Of a stretch of DNA of 64,000 bases, positions 59,796-64,000 are shown in pieces. Position numbers and translations under genes: made by a program. Location of the stretch: contig JBIKUX010000006.1 in assembly GCA_044347345.1 (NCBI GenBank), forward strand, positions 1-64,000. The letters are read 5' to 3'. Position 1 is the stretch's first letter; each line of letters starts with the position of its first letter. Source of the DNA: Bdellovibrionota bacterium. Lineage in GTDB: Bacteria > Bdellovibrionota_C > UBA2361 > JBIKUX01. A model generated the notes under the pieces. The model was not told the DNA's origin. It searched no databases and worked only from the letters and a program-made list of their open reading frames with translations.

Positions 59796-60884
59796 TTATT
59801 TTAAGACAGATAAATCTAGCAAAATTCCTTGATGGTCAGAACCTTCAATAGGTACCACTGAAAACTCATATTCAATGGTACCTTTCTTAAATCCATGTAT
59901 AAGTGCGTGATCAATAGGAAGCATAGATAAAATTGTTAAACCGCTTTTTGTTGTAAATGGCGACCAAGTTGGCTTAAGGCCGTAACCTATTCGAGTATCC
60001 TGAAATTGCGAATTATGAATAAAGCGTTTAAAGGATGGGGTCCAGATTGGAGTGTTAAAGTCACCAATTGCAATGGTGGGCCGGTTTTTAGATTTAACGT
60101 AGTTTGCTAAATAATCAAGATGAAGTTGTCGGTTTTTCCAGCCTGAGTAAGTGATGGGGTTTTTAGTATGAAGCCCTAGAAGATGAATGTTGACTCCGTT
60201 CATCGTAAGTAGTGCCTCTACCATAGGAGGCAAAGTTTTTTCTAAAGTGATTATTCTTGAATAATTTACAAAAATGTTTTCTTCTTTACAAAATAATCCA
60301 ATACCGTATCCATTTACAATGCTTCGACGAGTGACCAGCTTTTTATGCTGAGGTAGAAATTTTTTGATGGCATCAGTCCATTTTTTGTTTAACTCCATAG
60401 CAACAAAACAATCGGGATTTAATTCAGCTATTTGACCAGTCACCGTGCGATAGGCTGTATTTGGTCTGAGAAGATTAGTAGATAAGAGTCGCAGTGGCTT
60501 TGCAATTTTTACGGGCGTCGTTTCACTCTTTAAACTTGTAAATTTTATTCTACTTAAGGCGTTTGCAGATGTTGGTATGTAAGGGCTAATTTGAATTAAA
60601 CAAATAACAATTGTTAAGCAATATAGAAGAACAGATATAGGTGATATTTTTGTACGCCTTTGTGGTAGAACACAGAAAAACATTACGCATAATGACAGAG
60701 GAATGAAAAATGGATAAAAATTAGCTAACAGTTCGCTTAAAAAAGTAATAGGCGTAATTAACGGAAAGAGAGAACTTAAAAATAGGGTCCATGCTGATAT
60801 TGAGATTAAGTTGGATTTTCTAAACGAAGCATGAAATGCTAGCTGCTTTGTGAATGATAAAAGTCTTATAATTTTAGTGCTCAA
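59796..60884 (-). CDS. endonuclease/exonuclease/phosphatase-family membrane protein
   Basis: N-terminal TMs, GDFNTP, IDH, GSDH. Confidence 0.87.
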   Translation of the reverse strand: MSTKIIRLLSFTKQLAFHASFRKSNLISISAWTLFLSSLFPLITPITFLSELLANFYPFFIPLSLCVMFFCVLPQRRTKISPISVLLYCLTIVICLIQISPYIPTSANALSRIKFTSLKSETTPVKIAKPLRLLSTNLLRPNTAYRTVTGQIAELNPDCFVAMELNKKWTDAIKKFLPQHKKLVTRRSIVNGYGIGLFCKEENIFVNYSRIITLEKTLPPMVEALLTMNGVNIHLLGLHTKNPITYSGWKNRQLHLDYLANYVKSKNRPTIAIGDFNTPIWTPSFKRFIHNSQFQDTRIGYGLKPTWSPFTTKSGLTILSMLPIDHALIHGFKKGTIEYEFSVVPIEGSDHQGILLDLSVLK

Positions 60885-61035
60885 GTTATCTGTACATTAT
60901 AAACATTAGCCTTCTAAGTAACCTTTTACAATTACGACTACAATCAAGGCTACAGGTAAAAATGAAACAAAAATCAAAAATAGCTTCAAAAATATATTGT
61001 ATTGTAGGATTCTTAGTAAGGTAAATTAAATTGAT

Positions 61036-61743
61036 TTATGGTACTACAGCAATTGTTCCTACAATTGTAGCTGAACCTGGAATTTGGCTCCAAGTCCCAT
61101 TTGCACTACCCCTTGCAATCGCTGTTAGTCTGAATCTGACTGGTGTCGTCATTATGTTACCAGAATCAAGAGTTTGACCGGATTGATCTTCTCCTAAAGC
61201 TTCTTGTTCTAATCTCTCAACTTGAACCCACTGACTTAATCCTTGATTATTTGAAATCAGATAATCAGGAGGAGTATCTGGACGAGCTTGTAATTGTCGG
61301 TGTATTGGTTGAGCCAAAGAAACAGTTGTTGCATAGTCTCCAGCAAACGGTCCGATATTTTTAACTAAACCACCAGAATAGGGGTACATATTTCGATGAC
61401 AACCTGGACTGTTGATCTCACAGTGAGGAATGCCGTTTTGATCCTGCGCACTGAGGGGGCTGTAAGCCTGATAGTTTAATGGAGAATCAAGAGTTTGTAA
61501 CGCATCCCACTGTTTTGCATTCGAGGCAATTTGAGCTGCTTGGCTATAAAGAGCTCCCTCAGCAGCGGCAAATAATTGCGCAGACTGCTCGTAATTATTT
61601 GATGTTTGCAGCATATTTCTGCCCATGAGGCTGACTACGGCAGCAACCATCACCATAGTAACAAGAAAAAAAAGAGCTACTGGCAGGGCAAACCCGGATT
61701 GCTGTGATACTTTCAGGAGCTTATTATCAGCATCGGTGATCAT
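61036..61743 (-). CDS. PilX-like minor pilin (paralog of 14447..15184)
   Basis: G|FALPVAL; shares YSPLS, PGCxRxxYP, QVERL. Confidence 0.75.
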   Translation of the reverse strand: MITDADNKLLKVSQQSGFALPVALFFLVTMVMVAAVVSLMGRNMLQTSNNYEQSAQLFAAAEGALYSQAAQIASNAKQWDALQTLDSPLNYQAYSPLSAQDQNGIPHCEINSPGCHRNMYPYSGGLVKNIGPFAGDYATTVSLAQPIHRQLQARPDTPPDYLISNNQGLSQWVQVERLEQEALGEDQSGQTLDSGNIMTTPVRFRLTAIARGSANGTWSQIPGSATIVGTIAVVP

Positions 61744-62420
61744 ACCGTTTTTCTCCTCATGCCTACACTACTTTGGAAAGGAATCAGACGTGGATTATTT
61801 GTTTGATTTTTTACCTCGATCTGAAACGCTATACTAAGGGCGTTATTTTCTATAGTAAAAACTTTACCGTTGTTAATCTCTGGGGCACGAATTCTAGAGG
61901 TCATTAATAGAGCAGAATTGAGCGGATCTGTAGCGGGTGTATTGCAGGTTCCATCTGATTGTCTTGATGGTGGATTATTCATAAGAATCTGACCACGGAC
62001 AAGCTCATTTTTGGCTGGATTGAAACGGTAACCAACGTACCAAAGTTGTTGGCCTCTACCGGCGCTTTGGCTTACTGAATCGTGGCTGACAAAAAATCTA
62101 ATATCGTTCCCGTCAGTGCTGATTTCAACCTGATTAGGACACATTTCAAGAGCTGAATTAATCCCACCAAAGTATGGAGATAGTATCCCAGCCATTCTCA
62201 CTTCTGCGAGTAATGAGTGTAAAATGTAACGAGCTTGCATTGATGATTCAGCAGCTTGAGTCTCAAAAGATAGTGTGCTGTAAGCAGAGGATGTTGCACT
62301 AGCAATACTTAAGATGGTGACACCAAGTAAGACTACTGCTACAAGCATCTCCATGAGTGTATAGGCTTGACTATTTTTAACCTTAGAAGAGATACGATGA
62401 AGTGGTTTACCTGAAGTCAT
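61740..62420 (-). CDS. PilW-like minor pilin
   Basis: A|YTLMEML motif; shares LSPY and VGY..NP with 15187..15822. Confidence 0.75.
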   Translation of the reverse strand: MTSGKPLHRISSKVKNSQAYTLMEMLVAVVLLGVTILSIASATSSAYSTLSFETQAAESSMQARYILHSLLAEVRMAGILSPYFGGINSALEMCPNQVEISTDGNDIRFFVSHDSVSQSAGRGQQLWYVGYRFNPAKNELVRGQILMNNPPSRQSDGTCNTPATDPLNSALLMTSRIRAPEINNGKVFTIENNALSIAFQIEVKNQTNNPRLIPFQSSVGMRRKTV

Positions 62421-62431
62421 GCAAATTCCAT

Positions 62432-62905
62432 CTATCTAAAATCAGCTAAAACAGTTGAGAATTGGTAGCTGATGGGAGCATAACCTGCTCCCATCTTATT
62501 GCGTACAACCAGATTTATCTCTACCCAGTCAGGTAAAATAGCTGACGGAGCACTCATACGAGCTATATATTCAATATTTATTGAGTAGTTTGCTTTTTCA
62601 ATAGATGTAGCAGAAGTTGGAGAAAAAATTGTTTGAGTGACAACTTGGTTTTTGGTAATCGCATCACTGCCAAAGATGCTCACGATATTTTGAGCATAAG
62701 GTTTGCTTCGCATTGATTCAATTAAACCTTGAGCTGCAAACATAGCTTCTGTATTTCTTCGAGAATGAGACGTTGAGTGAATAGATCTTATTAAAAGTCC
62801 CCCAAAAGCAATAAGTGTCATGCTTATGAGCGAGAGCGCAATCATGTTCTCAATAATTGAGATACCTGAGTTTTTGCCTCGAAATTGTTTTTTAAATCTG
62901 AACAT
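62432..62905 (-). CDS. PilV-like minor pilin
   Basis: G|ISIIENM motif. Confidence 0.72.
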   Translation of the reverse strand: MFRFKKQFRGKNSGISIIENMIALSLISMTLIAFGGLLIRSIHSTSHSRRNTEAMFAAQGLIESMRSKPYAQNIVSIFGSDAITKNQVVTQTIFSPTSATSIEKANYSINIEYIARMSAPSAILPDWVEINLVVRNKMGAGYAPISYQFSTVLADFR

Positions 62906-62920
62906 ATCTTTTACACTTGC

Positions 62921-63442
62921 TCACTTAATCCCTTGCTCCATTGACACAGATCCAAATGGATTAACTATCACCGTCTGTTTTATTGTCCCTAGTTGTATTG
63001 TTAAAGTAATAGGATTTAAAATAAGTTCTCCGTTTTGATAGACATGACCCAATCCAGAAAACGTGAACTGTTGAGGCAGTTCTTCCCACTTAATCAGTTT
63101 TTTAGTTAATTCTTCCTTAAAGCTAAATTCGTCGTCGCGAAGCGTTCCTGTGCCAGCTACATCGTAAAAAAAACCGTTCTCTTCAAAAGATACCGTTACT
63201 GGTCTATGAGATCTTATTGCTTCAAAGCGAGAATGTTGTAACTTCAGTGCTATTGTCCGTCTTATCACGCCTAGACTTTGCCATTTGGTAGTTTCAGAAA
63301 TACTAGCGTATGCTACACCTAAAACTATATTTAAAATTCCTACTGAAATAATGAGCTCTAAAAGAGTAAAACCTCGACAATAGTTTAATTGAGATCTTTT
63401 TATCTCAGCCCATTCCTTCATACTCAAGGTCCACTGTATCAA
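62921..63442 (-). CDS. FimT/GspH-like minor pilin
   Basis: G|FTLLELI motif. Confidence 0.78.
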   Translation of the reverse strand: MIQWTLSMKEWAEIKRSQLNYCRGFTLLELIISVGILNIVLGVAYASISETTKWQSLGVIRRTIALKLQHSRFEAIRSHRPVTVSFEENGFFYDVAGTGTLRDDEFSFKEELTKKLIKWEELPQQFTFSGLGHVYQNGELILNPITLTIQLGTIKQTVIVNPFGSVSMEQGIK

Positions 63443-63709
63443 CTTACATTCTTAGCTCATTTAGTCGGCTTTTTGTAAATAAAACATAAGTGATAATTAG
63501 TTTACTGAGAATTATTCTTATTACGATCATCAGATTTCTAAGATTTTAGTGAGAGCTAATGAAGGCTTAAAAATTTACTAATGAAAAACTAACAAAGTTG
63601 GAACTAAATTTTAATATTGTGAACTTTTGATAAAAGGCATTGTTTTGGTTTTTTTTTCAGATATACCTTCGCACTAAGATATTCTTTTATTTAATTTTTT
63701 ATTAATCTG

Positions 63710-64000
63710 ATGAATAACTCCGCTGAGTCGTATTTTGGATATGAGTCTACGTTTGTCTCTGGGAAGGGTGGCAGATTCCCTAGGCATTTTAACAATATAG
63801 ATTCTGTAAATGAACCGATAATTGGTGAACAATTCAAGCCAGAGCCAGCGTATTACGAAACAAATAGAGAAAATAATTTTATTGAAGTAGATGATGAAGG
63901 CAACTATACGGTTAAAAATAGCTCAGTTGTTGATATAAAAGAGATTTTTCCGCTTTCACCATTACTTGTACTTGAAAAGACATGGCATTATCTTTTTTTT
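63710..64000 (+). CDS. hypothetical protein, truncated by window end
   Basis: The frame from ATG 63710 (MNNSAESYFGYES...) stays open to the end of the window. Confidence 0.5.
   Translation, partial: MNNSAESYFGYESTFVSGKGGRFPRHFNNIDSVNEPIIGEQFKPEPAYYETNRENNFIEVDDEGNYTVKNSSVVDIKEIFPLSPLLVLEKTWHYLFF

Overview
This window is AT-rich DNA from a Gram-negative bacterium. The gene content (short flagellins, FliA-like sigma, myxobacterial-style T3SS genes, PilY1/minor pilins) suggests a Bdellovibrionota/Myxococcota-like lineage, which is an inference. Most genes are core or envelope functions: tRNA-Pro(GGG), trpS, proS, folC, ispA, bioB, trhO, lpxK, waaA, an LpxB-MsbA fusion, RegBA, PilB, two minor-pilin clusters, two flagellins, an Lpp-like lipoprotein with an L,D-transpeptidase, and glycosyltransferases. 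The most striking element is a complete plasmid-type replication/partition module at 21.1-24.9 kb, embedded among these essential genes. It has an RPA-family initiator divergent from parAB, five iteron-like repeats phased at exactly 22 bp plus inverted copies, and two non-canonical parS-like palindromes just after parB. Hand spot counts suggest GC skew switches from C-rich to G-rich across this site, so it may be the working origin of a chromid or chromosome. Other notable items are a compact needleless-type T3SS cluster (FliA-like sigma, SctJ, SctV), a catalytically dead HemB paralog, a PilB-REC fusion followed by a degenerate hybrid kinase, and a 158-bp tandem duplication containing the tRNA 5' half. 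All calls come from motif recognition by eye; no searches were run.
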